From NCBI GenBank assembly GCA_963677435.1, contig OY781945.1, positions 2,912,001 to 2,976,000 on the forward strand: a DNA stretch of 64,000 bases, in the 5' to 3' direction. Below the pieces are notes generated by a model. That model searched no databases, was not told the DNA's origin, and worked only from the letters and a program-made list of their open reading frames with translations. The position numbers were made by a program, and so were the translations under genes. Below, in pieces: positions 20,308 through 30,967 of the stretch. Source of the DNA: an uncultured Aliarcobacter sp. GTDB lineage: Bacteria; Campylobacterota; Campylobacteria; Campylobacterales; Arcobacteraceae. The stretch's first letter is position 1, and each line of letters begins with the position of its first letter.

Positions 20308-21591
20308 ATGCAAAACAAATTTTTAACAGTATCTATACCTATTTTATTATTAGTTATTGCCCTATTTTATTTAACTTCAAAATTTATTCAACCAAGTCCT
20401 AAAAAAGAGATTACAATTGCTACAGGCCAAGAAAATGCAGATTATTATAAAACTGCACTTATATACAAAGAGCTTTTAGAAAAACAAAAAGTAAAAGTAA
20501 ATATTATAACTTCAAAAGGTTCACTTGAAAATATAAAACTTTTAAATGAAAAAAAAGTTGATTTAGCTTTCGTTCAAAATGGAATAACTACTTCTGAAAA
20601 TGAAAAGAATTTAAAAAGCATCGCTTCTGTTTATTATGAACCTTTATGGGTATTTTATAAAAATGAGAACTATATAATTGATTATATCATTCAACTAATA
20701 TCAAAGAAAATTTCTATTGGAAGTGTAGGAAGCGGAACAAATGATTTAGCTTCAAAAATTTTAACTGATAATGGTATAAATAATGACAATTCAGAACTCT
20801 TAAATCTTTCAAATGAAGAATCAAAAAATAAACTATTAAAAGGTGAAATTGATGCCATGTTTATTGTGGGTTCTGCTGATTCAAAGATAATTAAAGAATT
20901 ATTAGAAACTCCAAATATAAATCTTTTTAGTTTTAAAAGAGTAAAAGCTTATAGTAAAAAATATACATTTCTAGAGCCTATTATTCTCTATGAGGGAACG
21001 ATGGATTTATATAAAAATCTTCCAGATGGAGATGTTAATTTATTAACAAGCACTGCTACATTAGTTGTAAGAAATGATTTTTCAGAAGAACTAACAAGGC
21101 TTATATTAAAAGAGATTAAAAATGTTCACAATAAAAAAGGACTCTTTGAAGTAGATAATCAGTTTCCAAATATTACCAATTTAACAATCAAAGCAAGTGA
21201 TGAAGCAATAAAATATAATACCTATGGAGATACTTGGCTTGAAAAGATATTTCCATATTGGATTGCTTCAAATATAGATAGATTAAAGATTTTATTAATT
21301 CCACTTTTAACTCTATTAATCCCTTTATCAAAAGGTTTTTTTCCTCTTTATAGATGGAGTATTCGCTCAAAAATTTATAAATGGTATGAAGAGATACAAA
21401 AAATTGATTTACTTGTTGAAAGTGCAAACCATGAAGAATTACAAACTAATTTACAAAAAATCACTAAGTTAAAAAAAGAGATAAAAAAAGAGACTAAAGT
21501 GCCATTATCTTATATGGGTGAATATTATGATTTAATTATGCATTTAGAACTAATAATCTCAAAAATAAACCTAAGATTGGCTACTAATTAA
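20308..21591 (+). CDS. TAXI-family solute-binding protein with C-terminal TM helix and tail
   Basis: ITIATG, SKGSLENI, YYEPLWVF, SIGSVGSGT motifs; hydrophobic ILLIPLLTLLIPL segment. Confidence 0.82.
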   Translation: MQNKFLTVSIPILLLVIALFYLTSKFIQPSPKKEITIATGQENADYYKTALIYKELLEKQKVKVNIITSKGSLENIKLLNEKKVDLAFVQNGITTSENEKNLKSIASVYYEPLWVFYKNENYIIDYIIQLISKKISIGSVGSGTNDLASKILTDNGINNDNSELLNLSNEESKNKLLKGEIDAMFIVGSADSKIIKELLETPNINLFSFKRVKAYSKKYTFLEPIILYEGTMDLYKNLPDGDVNLLTSTATLVVRNDFSEELTRLILKEIKNVHNKKGLFEVDNQFPNITNLTIKASDEAIKYNTYGDTWLEKIFPYWIASNIDRLKILLIPLLTLLIPLSKGFFPLYRWSIRSKIYKWYEEIQKIDLLVESANHEELQTNLQKITKLKKEIKKETKVPLSYMGEYYDLIMHLELIISKINLRLATN

Positions 21592-21641
21592 TTTTAGCTA
21601 CTTTTGATATAATACTCTCAAAAAATAAGAAGGATTTTGAT

Positions 21642-22607
21642 TTGAGAATTTTATCAGGTATTCAACCATCAGGAACAATACACATAGGAAACTATTTTGG
21701 TATGGTAAAAAAAATGATAGAGTCACAAAATGAAGGTGAACTTTTCGCATTTTTAGCATCATATCATGCTTTAACATCGGTGAAGGAAAAAGAAGCTTTA
21801 GAAAACAACACTTATGAAGCAGCTATTAACTTTTTAGCACTAGGAATGGACCCAGAGAAATCAACATTTTGGGTACAACACGATGTAAAAGAGGTTCTTG
21901 AATTATACTGGCTATTATCAAATCACACTTCTATGGGACTATTAGAAAGAGCTCACTCTTACAAAGATAAAACAGCAAGGGGAATAGTTGCAAATCATGG
22001 ATTATTTTCATATCCCGTTTTAATGGCTGCTGATATTTTATTATTTGACTCAAATATCGTACCTGTAGGAAAAGACCAAATTCAACATGTTGAAATGACA
22101 AGAGATATTGCAACTTCATTTAATCACGCTTATAATAAAGAGATTTTTATTTTGCCAGAATCAAGAGTTGATGAAGTAGTTGCTACAGTTCCAGGAACTG
22201 ATGGAGCTAAAATGTCTAAATCATATAACAATACAATTGATATGTTTACAAGTGCAAAACAAAGAAAAAAACAAGTTATGGGAATTGTAACCGATTCAAG
22301 AGAATTGGATGAGCCAAAAGAGTGGGAAAATTGTAATATCTATACTTTATGTAAATTATTTATGAATGAAGATGAATTAAAAGATTTACAAAAAAGATAT
22401 GCAACTCCAGGTGAAGGATATGGTCATTTTAAAATGACACTACTTGAAAAAATAAATGAATATTTTGCACCTTATGAAGAAAAAAGAGAATATTACTTAA
22501 ACAATAAAAAAGAAGTAAGAGAAATATTGGCTTTTGGTGCAGATAAAGCTAGAAAAATTGCAGCTGCTAAAATGGAAATTATTAGAGATGCTGTTGGTTT
22601 AATCTAA
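21642..22607 (+). CDS. trpS: Tryptophan--tRNA ligase
   Basis: SGIQPSG..HIGN, YPVLMAADIL, VGKDQIQH, KMSKS; TTG start. Confidence 0.98.
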   Translation: MRILSGIQPSGTIHIGNYFGMVKKMIESQNEGELFAFLASYHALTSVKEKEALENNTYEAAINFLALGMDPEKSTFWVQHDVKEVLELYWLLSNHTSMGLLERAHSYKDKTARGIVANHGLFSYPVLMAADILLFDSNIVPVGKDQIQHVEMTRDIATSFNHAYNKEIFILPESRVDEVVATVPGTDGAKMSKSYNNTIDMFTSAKQRKKQVMGIVTDSRELDEPKEWENCNIYTLCKLFMNEDELKDLQKRYATPGEGYGHFKMTLLEKINEYFAPYEEKREYYLNNKKEVREILAFGADKARKIAAAKMEIIRDAVGLI

Positions 22608-22621
22608 AAAATAAAAGAGTT

Positions 22622-23221
22622 TTACTCTTTTATTTTTATAACTTCTTCAAGATTATCAAAAATATCTTCAACTCTTTTTTGCCAAAGTTTTCCAAACTCA
22701 AGTTTTTCATCTTTTGTTGCATTTCCTTGCAAAGATTTTTGCATCAAAAAATTTAAATCTTCATGTGGTTTTACAGAAGATGGATTATAAAAAACTTCTA
22801 CACTTTTATGGTTATCTGTTCTTGTAAATCTTACATTCGCACCATTTATATCTTGTTCAAATTTCATTAAATGATTTCTATCATATTTTCCAGCAAGACC
22901 TTTAAACCCATTTGTTGTAGTAGCTCCCGTGATATTCATAATCACATTTCCAATAGCTCCTGCAACACCAGTAGTTTGGCTTTCATGAAATTCGACAATA
23001 ATTTCACCTCTTTTTGGAATCTCATTTTCATATAAAGCTTCTAAACCTTTAAGTGTCATAAGATAAGCTCCTAAAACTGTAGGGCAAGAGTGCCCTGCAC
23101 TTTTTACTACATCTAAATAAGAGAATTCTACTATTCCATCTTCAAAAGCACCTAAAAAAGAGGCTAAATCATCTTGTAATTTTATTGTTGGGATTTTATT
23201 AAAAAATTGTGGGTAAATCAT
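22622..23221 (-). CDS. FmdE-like (formylmethanofuran dehydrogenase subunit E domain) hypothetical protein
   Basis: GHSCPTVLGAY motif; start taken at MIYP after AAGG. Confidence 0.6.
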   Translation of the reverse strand: MIYPQFFNKIPTIKLQDDLASFLGAFEDGIVEFSYLDVVKSAGHSCPTVLGAYLMTLKGLEALYENEIPKRGEIIVEFHESQTTGVAGAIGNVIMNITGATTTNGFKGLAGKYDRNHLMKFEQDINGANVRFTRTDNHKSVEVFYNPSSVKPHEDLNFLMQKSLQGNATKDEKLEFGKLWQKRVEDIFDNLEEVIKIKE

Positions 23222-23263
23222 ATTAAAACCTTTGTGTATCTCTAACACAAAAGTTTTTTTGTG

Positions 23264-23962
23264 TTAGGCTATTTTTTTACAAATAAAGATTAATTTATCA
23301 GCGTTTTCGTCTGTGTGTAAATTAAACTCTTTTATCTCTTGGATTTCAAAACCACACTCTTTTAGAAGTTTTGTTAAAAACTCTTTTGAGTGATACTCTT
23401 GAATTATTGAATCGCTCTCTTTTGAAAATAAACCATTTTCTTGTTTTTCAAAAAGTGTAATATCTGTTTGAAGTTTGTTGTTTTCAAAATTTGCATCAAT
23501 TGCAATGAATTTATCATCAACATCAATAGTAATACATCCTTGAGCAACTTCTTCAAATCCGAAAAGTGAGTTTACATCAAAAATAAAATAAGCACCTTGA
23601 TTCAAAACAAGATTTGTTTCTTTAATAAATTGTTTTAACTCTTTTTTTGGAATGTAATTTAAAACATCAAAAATAGCTGTTGCACAATCAAATTTCTCTT
23701 TTACATCGGCTAAAGCTATTGCTTTTGCATTTAGATTTTTAGCTTCACAAACTTTGATTTGTTCAGCACTTAAATCAATTCCAAAATATTTCTTTTTATT
23801 TACTTTTAGATTCTCTAAAAAATATCCTTGACCACAACCAATATCAATAATATTATCAAGTTCATTTACCATTACAAATCGTAAAAACTCTCTGTGTAAA
23901 GTATAAACTTCTTCTTCAAAATCTAAATAAGGTTCAACCTTTGCGTATAAATCTAATCCCAT
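23264..23962 (-). CDS. Class I SAM-dependent methyltransferase
   Basis: IIDIGCGQG, GIDLS, FDVLNY, FIFDVN. Confidence 0.9.
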   Translation of the reverse strand: MGLDLYAKVEPYLDFEEEVYTLHREFLRFVMVNELDNIIDIGCGQGYFLENLKVNKKKYFGIDLSAEQIKVCEAKNLNAKAIALADVKEKFDCATAIFDVLNYIPKKELKQFIKETNLVLNQGAYFIFDVNSLFGFEEVAQGCITIDVDDKFIAIDANFENNKLQTDITLFEKQENGLFSKESDSIIQEYHSKEFLTKLLKECGFEIQEIKEFNLHTDENADKLIFICKKIA

Positions 23963-24570
23963 TATATATGTGCTTCTATTCTTTCTTTTAAATCTAAGAT
24001 TAAATCTTTTTTAGCATAAAATGAGTTTTTATTTGCGATTAAGTGCGCTGAGCTTTCCATAATTGTTGGGCCTATTTCTAAGCCATTTTGTTTCATTGTT
24101 TCACCAGTTTCTACAATATCAACAATACAATCACAAAGTCCAACTAGAGGTGCAAGTTCAATAGAGCCATAAAGTTTGATAATTTCAACTGCCATTGCTT
24201 TTTCTTCAAAATATTTTTTTGCAATAACTTCGTGTTTTGTAGCAATTGTGATTTTACTTTTATTAAAATCAAGCTCTTCACCTTTTCTTAATCCAAAAGC
24301 AACTTTACATTTTCCAAGTTGTAAATCAAGAAGTTTGATTAAGTCGTACTCTTTCTCTTCAAGAACATCAAGGCCAACAACACCTAAATCAGCAGCGCCA
24401 TGCATTACATAAGTTGGAACATCTTGATTTCTAACATTTAAAAATCTAAATCCAGCTTTTTCAAGTATTAATTTTCTATCTTCAAAAATAAACTTTTCAC
24501 CAAAAGCTTTTTCAAATTTATCAAGAGTTTCCTCAGCAATTCTTCCCTTAGGCAATGCAATTGTCAGCAT
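23962..24570 (-). CDS. hisG: ATP phosphoribosyltransferase, short form
   Basis: IALPKGRI, DVPTYV, GSIELAP, DIVETGETM; lacks the C-terminal regulatory domain. Confidence 0.96.
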   Translation of the reverse strand: MLTIALPKGRIAEETLDKFEKAFGEKFIFEDRKLILEKAGFRFLNVRNQDVPTYVMHGAADLGVVGLDVLEEKEYDLIKLLDLQLGKCKVAFGLRKGEELDFNKSKITIATKHEVIAKKYFEEKAMAVEIIKLYGSIELAPLVGLCDCIVDIVETGETMKQNGLEIGPTIMESSAHLIANKNSFYAKKDLILDLKERIEAHI

Positions 24571-25174
24571 CAATAATCCTTTTCATGTTCTCAAATATTA
24601 AATCTTTTTTATATATGCTATTTTCAAAATATTTACTTAACTGCTCTCCATCTCCACCAGTGAATATAATATTCTTATTTAAACTTACTTCTTTGATTGG
24701 CAAAATGATAGATTTTAACATAGCATATTGTATAGCATCTTTCGTGCGAAGCGGTATTTTATCTAAATTTATCTCTTTTTCAAACTCAAACTTTAGTTTT
24801 TTTGATATTTTTGGGTAACTTTTCATAAATCTTCTCAAACCCAATAATATAAATCCACCTTGATGATTACCATTTTCCATAATATCAACAGTGATTGCAC
24901 TTCCAGCATCAACTATCACACAATTATCTTGAAAAGAACAAGCAATTGCTCTATCAATTCCCAAACCTAAATATGAAGTTTGAAAGTTTAGAAGTTTGTT
25001 TATATTTTTTGCATTTGGATTTTTTTTGATTAATTTTTTACTTGCTTTTTCATTTACTGAAACAAAATAAATCTCATCATCAAACTTTGGAACTTTCTCA
25101 TCTAAAAAATATTTTTTATGTTTACCTTTTATCAAAAAATGATAAGTTGTATTTCCAATATCACATAAAATCAA
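24548..25174 (-). CDS. coaX: Type III pantothenate kinase
   Basis: CDIGNT, LGIDR, VDAGSAITVD, FTGGDG; probable TTG start at 25174 with GGAG upstream. Confidence 0.93.
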   Translation of the reverse strand: MILCDIGNTTYHFLIKGKHKKYFLDEKVPKFDDEIYFVSVNEKASKKLIKKNPNAKNINKLLNFQTSYLGLGIDRAIACSFQDNCVIVDAGSAITVDIMENGNHQGGFILLGLRRFMKSYPKISKKLKFEFEKEINLDKIPLRTKDAIQYAMLKSIILPIKEVSLNKNIIFTGGDGEQLSKYFENSIYKKDLIFENMKRIIDADNCIA

Positions 25175-25493
25175 CTCTAACACTCCAATCATTTTGTTTT
25201 AAATACTCTTTTGCTTTTGAGCAAAGAGGACTTGAGATTAATAACTCTTTTTTCTTAAAATTGTGGTCTAAATAAACTGCTAATTTTTCGCAAAGTTCCA
25301 TTAAATCATTTGCATTTTTTCTTATAAATCTACTTTTTGAATCAACTATAAATATTGCATAAAACTTTGCATCAATTGTTGTTGCACAATAAATATCTAT
25401 TTTTTTTCTTGAATCTAACTCTTTGGGAATAATCTGTTTTATCTCTTTGAATAATATATTTTTATTTGTGTAGTAAGTTGTTAATTTTTTCAA
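25161..25493 (-). CDS. Conserved hypothetical protein upstream of coaX
   Basis: 110-aa ORF overlapping the coaX start, in the same operon. Confidence 0.7.
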   Translation of the reverse strand: MKKLTTYYTNKNILFKEIKQIIPKELDSRKKIDIYCATTIDAKFYAIFIVDSKSRFIRKNANDLMELCEKLAVYLDHNFKKKELLISSPLCSKAKEYLKQNDWSVRVDFM

Positions 25494-25619
25494 TATATGC
25501 CTTTATTTAAAAAATTATATCTAATAAACTCTTTTTATTAAATTTTATACACAAGGGTACAATTTAAACCAACATATTTAGTTATAATTCCAAAAAATCC
25601 ACATAGATAATAAAGAAGC

Positions 25620-26393
25620 ATGTCAAAAATAACCCACCCTGAACAAACAAAAATTACCCAAGCCATCATAAAAGCAGCAGTGCTAATGCTCGAATTTGGA
25701 GCAGAAAGTATCTTAGTTGAACAAACAGCTCAAAGATTAGGAAATGCCTTAGGTGTTAATTCTGTTGAAATGTCACTAATTCCATCAGCTATTGTATTAA
25801 CAACTTTATATAACAATCAATCAGTTACAACAACAAGAAGAGTTCATCATAAACCCATTAATATGTCAATAGTTTGTGATGTACAACAAATGGTTATAGA
25901 AATGGAAAGAACAAAACACGATGCTGATTTTGTTATGTTAACTATAAAAGATATAAAACCAAACCATTATAATAGATGGTTAGTTGTCTTTATGGTGGGA
26001 TTTGCATGTGCTTCATTTTCAAATTTGCAACATGGAGATTTACCAGCATTTTTTATTACTTTCGTAGTTGCAAGTTTTGCCATGTTTGTAAGACAAGAAC
26101 TCAATAAAAAAAGATTTGTAATGATGATTACTTTTGGTATTACTTCATTTATAGCAACAACACTAGCAAGTCTTGTAATATTGCTAAATATTAGCACAAC
26201 TCCAAATATCATTTTAGCTTCAAGTGTTTTACTTTTGGTTCCAGGAGTTCCTTTTGTAAACTCATTTTTAGATGCATTTAAAGGTTACCTAAGTATGGGT
26301 TGGGGAAGATGGCTTCAAGCAATACTTTTAACTATTGCTTCATCATCAGGGATAATTTTAGCAATGTCAATTTTTAATATTAAAGGATGGTAA
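25620..26393 (+). CDS. ThrE/YjjP family exporter subunit
   Basis: GAES..VEQTAQRLG, LLLVPGVPFVNS; TM-rich C-terminal half. Confidence 0.88.
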   Translation: MSKITHPEQTKITQAIIKAAVLMLEFGAESILVEQTAQRLGNALGVNSVEMSLIPSAIVLTTLYNNQSVTTTRRVHHKPINMSIVCDVQQMVIEMERTKHDADFVMLTIKDIKPNHYNRWLVVFMVGFACASFSNLQHGDLPAFFITFVVASFAMFVRQELNKKRFVMMITFGITSFIATTLASLVILLNISTTPNIILASSVLLLVPGVPFVNSFLDAFKGYLSMGWGRWLQAILLTIASSSGIILAMSIFNIKGW

Positions 26394-26394
26394 G

Positions 26395-26862
26395 ATGGAA
26401 ATAATTTTAGATATTTTAATTAAATCAATTTTTGCAAGTATCGCTTCAACTGGCTTTGCAATGCTTTTTAATGTTCCAAAACATACTTTGAAGTTTTGTG
26501 CACTAGGAGGAGGAATTACTTATATTATTAGAAATGTATCTATTGAACTTGGGGCTTCTATTGAGCTTTCAACTTTTATAGCTTCTTCTTGTATTGGTTA
26601 TATAACTCTTAAATGGTCAAGAAAATATTTAATCCCAAGACCTGTATATTCAGTTGCTGCAATTATTCCTATGATTCCTGGAACCTATGCCTTTACAGCA
26701 ATGATTGGTTTAGTTGATATGAATTCCCATGGCGTTACACCTGAATTGATTGAGTTGTTTGTAGAAAACTTCCTAAGAGCATTGGCAATTTTAGGAGCTA
26801 TTACTTTTGGATTAGCACTTACATCTTTGTATTATATGAGATTAAATAGGCCAGTTATATAA
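26395..26862 (+). CDS. ThrE_2/YjjB family exporter subunit
   Basis: GFAMLFNVP, AAIIPMIPG; paired with the upstream YjjP-like gene. Confidence 0.88.
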   Translation: MEIILDILIKSIFASIASTGFAMLFNVPKHTLKFCALGGGITYIIRNVSIELGASIELSTFIASSCIGYITLKWSRKYLIPRPVYSVAAIIPMIPGTYAFTAMIGLVDMNSHGVTPELIELFVENFLRALAILGAITFGLALTSLYYMRLNRPVI

Positions 26863-26890
26863 AAGTTTGCTCTTAAGAGCGAACTTTTAT
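26859..26890. terminator. Bidirectional terminator between convergent genes
   Basis: ATAAAAGTTTGCTC-TTAA-GAGCGAACTTTTAT. Confidence 0.75.
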
Positions 26891-26893
26891 TTT

Positions 26894-28705
26894 TTATAAA
26901 TAGAATTGTTTTATAAATTCATCACTTACATCTAAGATTTTTCTTTGTCTTAACGACTCAATTACCTCTTTTGTACAATCAACATCATCAGGCCATCTTC
27001 TTTTGAAATTGTCATATGAGTTTTTATCAGTAGCATCCAAACAAATAGTATGTCCATCAATAAATAAATCTCTATTAGAATCAATATTATTTGCAACTCT
27101 CCAAACTAACATATATGGATTTGTAACATCATTTTTAGCTACATCAACAATTATTAAAATTTTAATATGTTCAAAGAGTGGTTTTAAATCTTCAAAAAGA
27201 TATTTTTGATTTCTTGTTTTTTCTATGCTTATTACTGTAATTGGATTTTTTGTATCAAGAAAATATTGTTTTAAATCTTTTACTTCTGCTGTAATATTTT
27301 GTATTTTAGATAACAATTCACTATCTTCTAAAAGTGTGATTCCCAACTCTTCTATTTCATCACCAGTACAATCAAGTCCTAGTTTTCCACCAACTGCAAA
27401 TTTTGGACTTGAGTGATCAAGGGCATCAACAACACCACGAGAAACTAACATATCATCAACATTTATCCTATTTAAAATATATTTTATAACCTCATCATGA
27501 TTTGTTAAATCTGGCGCTTTTTCATCTACAAAAATAGCATGTTTTACAAAACTCATTTGCCCTACTCCCCAAAATGCATGCATCATTTGACTTGCATGTC
27601 CTGGGTATAAAGTTTTGATTTTTGCTAAAATTAGATTATGAAATACTCCATTTTCAGGCATATAATAATCAATCAAATCAGGAGCAGTTGTTTTTAGTAA
27701 TGGTAAAAATATTCTCTCTGTTGCGTGTCCCATATATTTGTCTTCAAGTGGTGGTTTTCCAACAACTGTTGCTAAAAACGTAGGTTTTGCTTTTGATGTG
27801 ATTGCAGTAATTTCCATAAAAGGATACTCTTCTTCAAGGGTATAATATCCTGTGTGGTCTCCAAAAGGCCCTTCGATTCTAAGTTTTGAAGGATCAACAA
27901 ATCCCTCAATAATAAAGTCATTATCCCTTGGAACATAAATCTCATTTGTTATTGATTTTACAAGTTGAGCATTTTTATTTTTTACAAATCCATAAAGCAT
28001 AAGTTCAAATACACCAATTGGAAGTGGAGCTTGACCACACCAAATATACATAGGATCTCCACCAATTCCGATACTTACTGGCATTTTTTTACCAGCTGCT
28101 TTATATTCATGGAAAAAGTGATTTGAATCTTTATGAATTTGCCAATGCATTCCAAGAGTATTATCAGAATATACTTGAAGTCTATACATTCCTAGGTTTT
28201 TTAATTCACCATTTAAAGAAGTTGTATAAACTTGTCCCATTGTAATAAAAGGACCACCATCTTGTTCCCAAGTTGTAAGAATTGGTAAGTCTGAAAGTTT
28301 TGCATCAGCGCCTAATTTAATGATTTCTTGACACTCACCTTTTCCTTTATTCTTTTTAGGAATTGTGTTTTTAAGTGCAAAAAGTTTCCCAAAAGTTGAA
28401 AGTTTTTCACTAAAAGTTGTAGGTGGTTTCATTTTAAGAAGTGACTCAATTTCTCTTCCTATTTTATCTCCATCGCCAATGAAAAGGTTTACCGCTTTTT
28501 CATTACAAAACACATTCATTAATACTGGAATATCAAATTTTTTATTGTTTTTTTTATCAACCACATTTGTAAATAAAATTGCTTTAGAATCCTCTTTTTT
28601 AACTTCTATATATGCAATATGTGGAATTTCTAAATAAATATCTAGTTCATCATCAATAATTTTTAGTAAATCATTCTTTTTTAATAGTTCAATAGCTTCT
28701 TTCAT
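26894..28705 (-). CDS. UbiD-family menaquinone biosynthesis decarboxylase (futalosine pathway)
   Basis: DGGPFIT, NLGMYRLQ, EGPFGDHTGYY, VGKPPLED, LDHSS; duplicated C-terminal domain. Confidence 0.9.
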   Translation of the reverse strand: MKEAIELLKKNDLLKIIDDELDIYLEIPHIAYIEVKKEDSKAILFTNVVDKKNNKKFDIPVLMNVFCNEKAVNLFIGDGDKIGREIESLLKMKPPTTFSEKLSTFGKLFALKNTIPKKNKGKGECQEIIKLGADAKLSDLPILTTWEQDGGPFITMGQVYTTSLNGELKNLGMYRLQVYSDNTLGMHWQIHKDSNHFFHEYKAAGKKMPVSIGIGGDPMYIWCGQAPLPIGVFELMLYGFVKNKNAQLVKSITNEIYVPRDNDFIIEGFVDPSKLRIEGPFGDHTGYYTLEEEYPFMEITAITSKAKPTFLATVVGKPPLEDKYMGHATERIFLPLLKTTAPDLIDYYMPENGVFHNLILAKIKTLYPGHASQMMHAFWGVGQMSFVKHAIFVDEKAPDLTNHDEVIKYILNRINVDDMLVSRGVVDALDHSSPKFAVGGKLGLDCTGDEIEELGITLLEDSELLSKIQNITAEVKDLKQYFLDTKNPITVISIEKTRNQKYLFEDLKPLFEHIKILIIVDVAKNDVTNPYMLVWRVANNIDSNRDLFIDGHTICLDATDKNSYDNFKRRWPDDVDCTKEVIESLRQRKILDVSDEFIKQFYL

Positions 28706-28795
28706 TTCTTCCCCAAGGTTAACCTAATAAGGTAATTAGTATAAATCTTATATCATTTTATCAATAAAAAATAGTTTATAATAGAGGTTTTACAT

Positions 28796-29968
28796 ATGGT
28801 TAATAATATTGAATACAATTTTGATGAAGAAGTAAATAGAAAAAATACGAATTGTGCAAAGTGGGATGGTTTAAAAAAATATTTTGGATATGAAGATCTA
28901 AATCCACTTTGGGTTGCAGACATGGATTTTAAAACTCCTAGTTTTATAAATGATGCAATAATAGATGCTGCAAAAAATGCCTCTTATGGTTATAGTATAG
29001 ATAGTAATGGTTTATATCAATCGATAATAAACTGGCAAAAGAATCAACACAATTGGGAAATAAAGAAAGAAAATATTTATATGATAAATGGTGTTGTTCC
29101 AGCTTATAGTGCTTGCATTGAAGCCTTTAGTGAAGAAGGTGATGAAGTAATTATTCAAACACCAATTTATCCACCACTTTTTAAATGTGTAACTTCTAAT
29201 AATAGAAAAGTAGTAATAAATGAACTAAAAAATGACAATGGTTATTACACTATGGATTTAGAGGATTTGGAGTCTAAAATAACTGCTAAAACAAAAATTC
29301 TAGCTCTTTGTTCACCTCACAATCCAGTTGGTCGTGTTTGGAGTAAAGAAGAACTTGAAAAACTTGCAACTATTTGTTTAAAACACAATATCACTATTGT
29401 TTCAGATGAAATTCATTCAGATATTACATTTAAAAAATTCACTCCATTGGCTTCAATATCCAAAGAGATTGCAAATCAAACAATTACTTTAAATAGTGCT
29501 GGAAAAACTTTTAATATTGCTGGATTAAATTGTGCTTATGCCATAAGTAAAAATGAAGAAATTTTAGATAAATTTAAACAAATTGCTCAAAAAAGAGAGA
29601 TTCAGTCAATAAACTTCTTTGGATATATTTCTACACAAACTGCATATGATAATGGTGCATTATTTGTTGAAGAATTAAAAAAATATCTTTTAAGTAATAT
29701 TGAGTTTACAAAAGATTATTTTAAAAAGAAAAATATGAAAATTGATTTTAATATTCCAGAAGCAACTTATCTTTTATGGTTAGATTTTTCTAAATATAAT
29801 CTTTCACATAATGAAATAAAAAATATATTACTTACAAAATCAAAAATAGCATTAAATGATGGTGTTTCTTTTGGTAGCAATGGAGATAAACATTTTAGAT
29901 TGAATCTAGCACTTAGTCAAAAAGCCCTAGAAATAGCACTAAATCAGTTATCTAAAGAATTTTCATAG
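28796..29968 (+). CDS. PLP-dependent MalY/PatB family C-S lyase
   Basis: LWVADMDF, CSPHNPVGRVW, SDEIHSD, SAGKTFNIAGL. Confidence 0.93.
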   Translation: MVNNIEYNFDEEVNRKNTNCAKWDGLKKYFGYEDLNPLWVADMDFKTPSFINDAIIDAAKNASYGYSIDSNGLYQSIINWQKNQHNWEIKKENIYMINGVVPAYSACIEAFSEEGDEVIIQTPIYPPLFKCVTSNNRKVVINELKNDNGYYTMDLEDLESKITAKTKILALCSPHNPVGRVWSKEELEKLATICLKHNITIVSDEIHSDITFKKFTPLASISKEIANQTITLNSAGKTFNIAGLNCAYAISKNEEILDKFKQIAQKREIQSINFFGYISTQTAYDNGALFVEELKKYLLSNIEFTKDYFKKKNMKIDFNIPEATYLLWLDFSKYNLSHNEIKNILLTKSKIALNDGVSFGSNGDKHFRLNLALSQKALEIALNQLSKEFS

Positions 29969-30098
29969 CAAAAAAATAGCAAAGTATTACCTTTTTTCTC
30001 ACTATAAAGATTAATAGTTACAAATATATGAAAAACTTTATAATGTATTATAAATTAGTGTACAATCAATGAATAATATTTAATAAATAGGGGGAAAA

Positions 30099-30461
30099 AT
30101 GTCAACGCAATTAATTCTAGCCTCTGTTATTTTTGTGGCTATTGGACTTATACTTGTAAGTGTATTTGTACTTAGCAAATTTGTTGGGCCAAAAAATGAA
30201 AACTCAGAAATGAAGAATAGTGTTTATGAAAGTGGGGTTACAAATCCTATTGGAACGACTAATTTTAGATTTTCTGTTAAGTTTTATTTAGTTGCCATTT
30301 CCTTTTTATTATTTGATGTGGAAATAATTTTTATGTTTCCTTGGGCTATAAATATTTTAGAGTTAGGTTATTTTGGACTTTTTAAAATGTTTATATTTAT
30401 GGGATTGTTATTTGCTGGATTAATTTATCTTTATAAGAAAAAGGCATTATCATGGGATTAG
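30099..30461 (+). CDS. nuoA: NADH-quinone oxidoreductase subunit A
   Basis: [18 protein letters not shown] motifs. Confidence 0.95.
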   Translation: MSTQLILASVIFVAIGLILVSVFVLSKFVGPKNENSEMKNSVYESGVTNPIGTTNFRFSVKFYLVAISFLLFDVEIIFMFPWAINILELGYFGLFKMFIFMGLLFAGLIYLYKKKALSWD

Positions 30462-30967
30462 GAGTTGAAGCTAAATTAGGTGACTCTATTGTTACAACTA
30501 GACTCGATCATGCAGTAAACTGGGGAAGAACTTACTCTTTGTGGCCAATGGTATTTGGAACAGCTTGTTGTGCTATTGAATTTATGGCAGCAGCTGGTTC
30601 TAAATATGACCTATCAAGATTTGGGGCAGAAGTTGTAAGATTTTCTCCAAGGCAAGCAGATTTATTAATTGTTGCTGGAACTATTTCATATAAACAAGCT
30701 CCTATTTTAAAAAAAATCTATGAACAAATGTGTGAACCAAAATGGGTTATTTCTATGGGTGCATGTGCATGTAGTGGAGGTTTTTATGATAACTATACAA
30801 CTCTTCAAGGAATAGATCAAATTATTCCAGTAGATGAGTATATTGCAGGTTGTCCACCAAGACCAGAAGCTATTCTTGATGCAATTATGAGAATTCAAGA
30901 AAGAGCTCAAGACGAATCTATTTTAAAAGATAGAGTAAAAGAGTTTAAAGGATTTTTAGATGCTTAA
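30452..30967 (+). CDS. nuoB: NADH-quinone oxidoreductase subunit B
   Basis: [22 protein letters not shown] (N2 ligands). Confidence 0.97.
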   Translation: MGLGVEAKLGDSIVTTRLDHAVNWGRTYSLWPMVFGTACCAIEFMAAAGSKYDLSRFGAEVVRFSPRQADLLIVAGTISYKQAPILKKIYEQMCEPKWVISMGACACSGGFYDNYTTLQGIDQIIPVDEYIAGCPPRPEAILDAIMRIQERAQDESILKDRVKEFKGFLDA

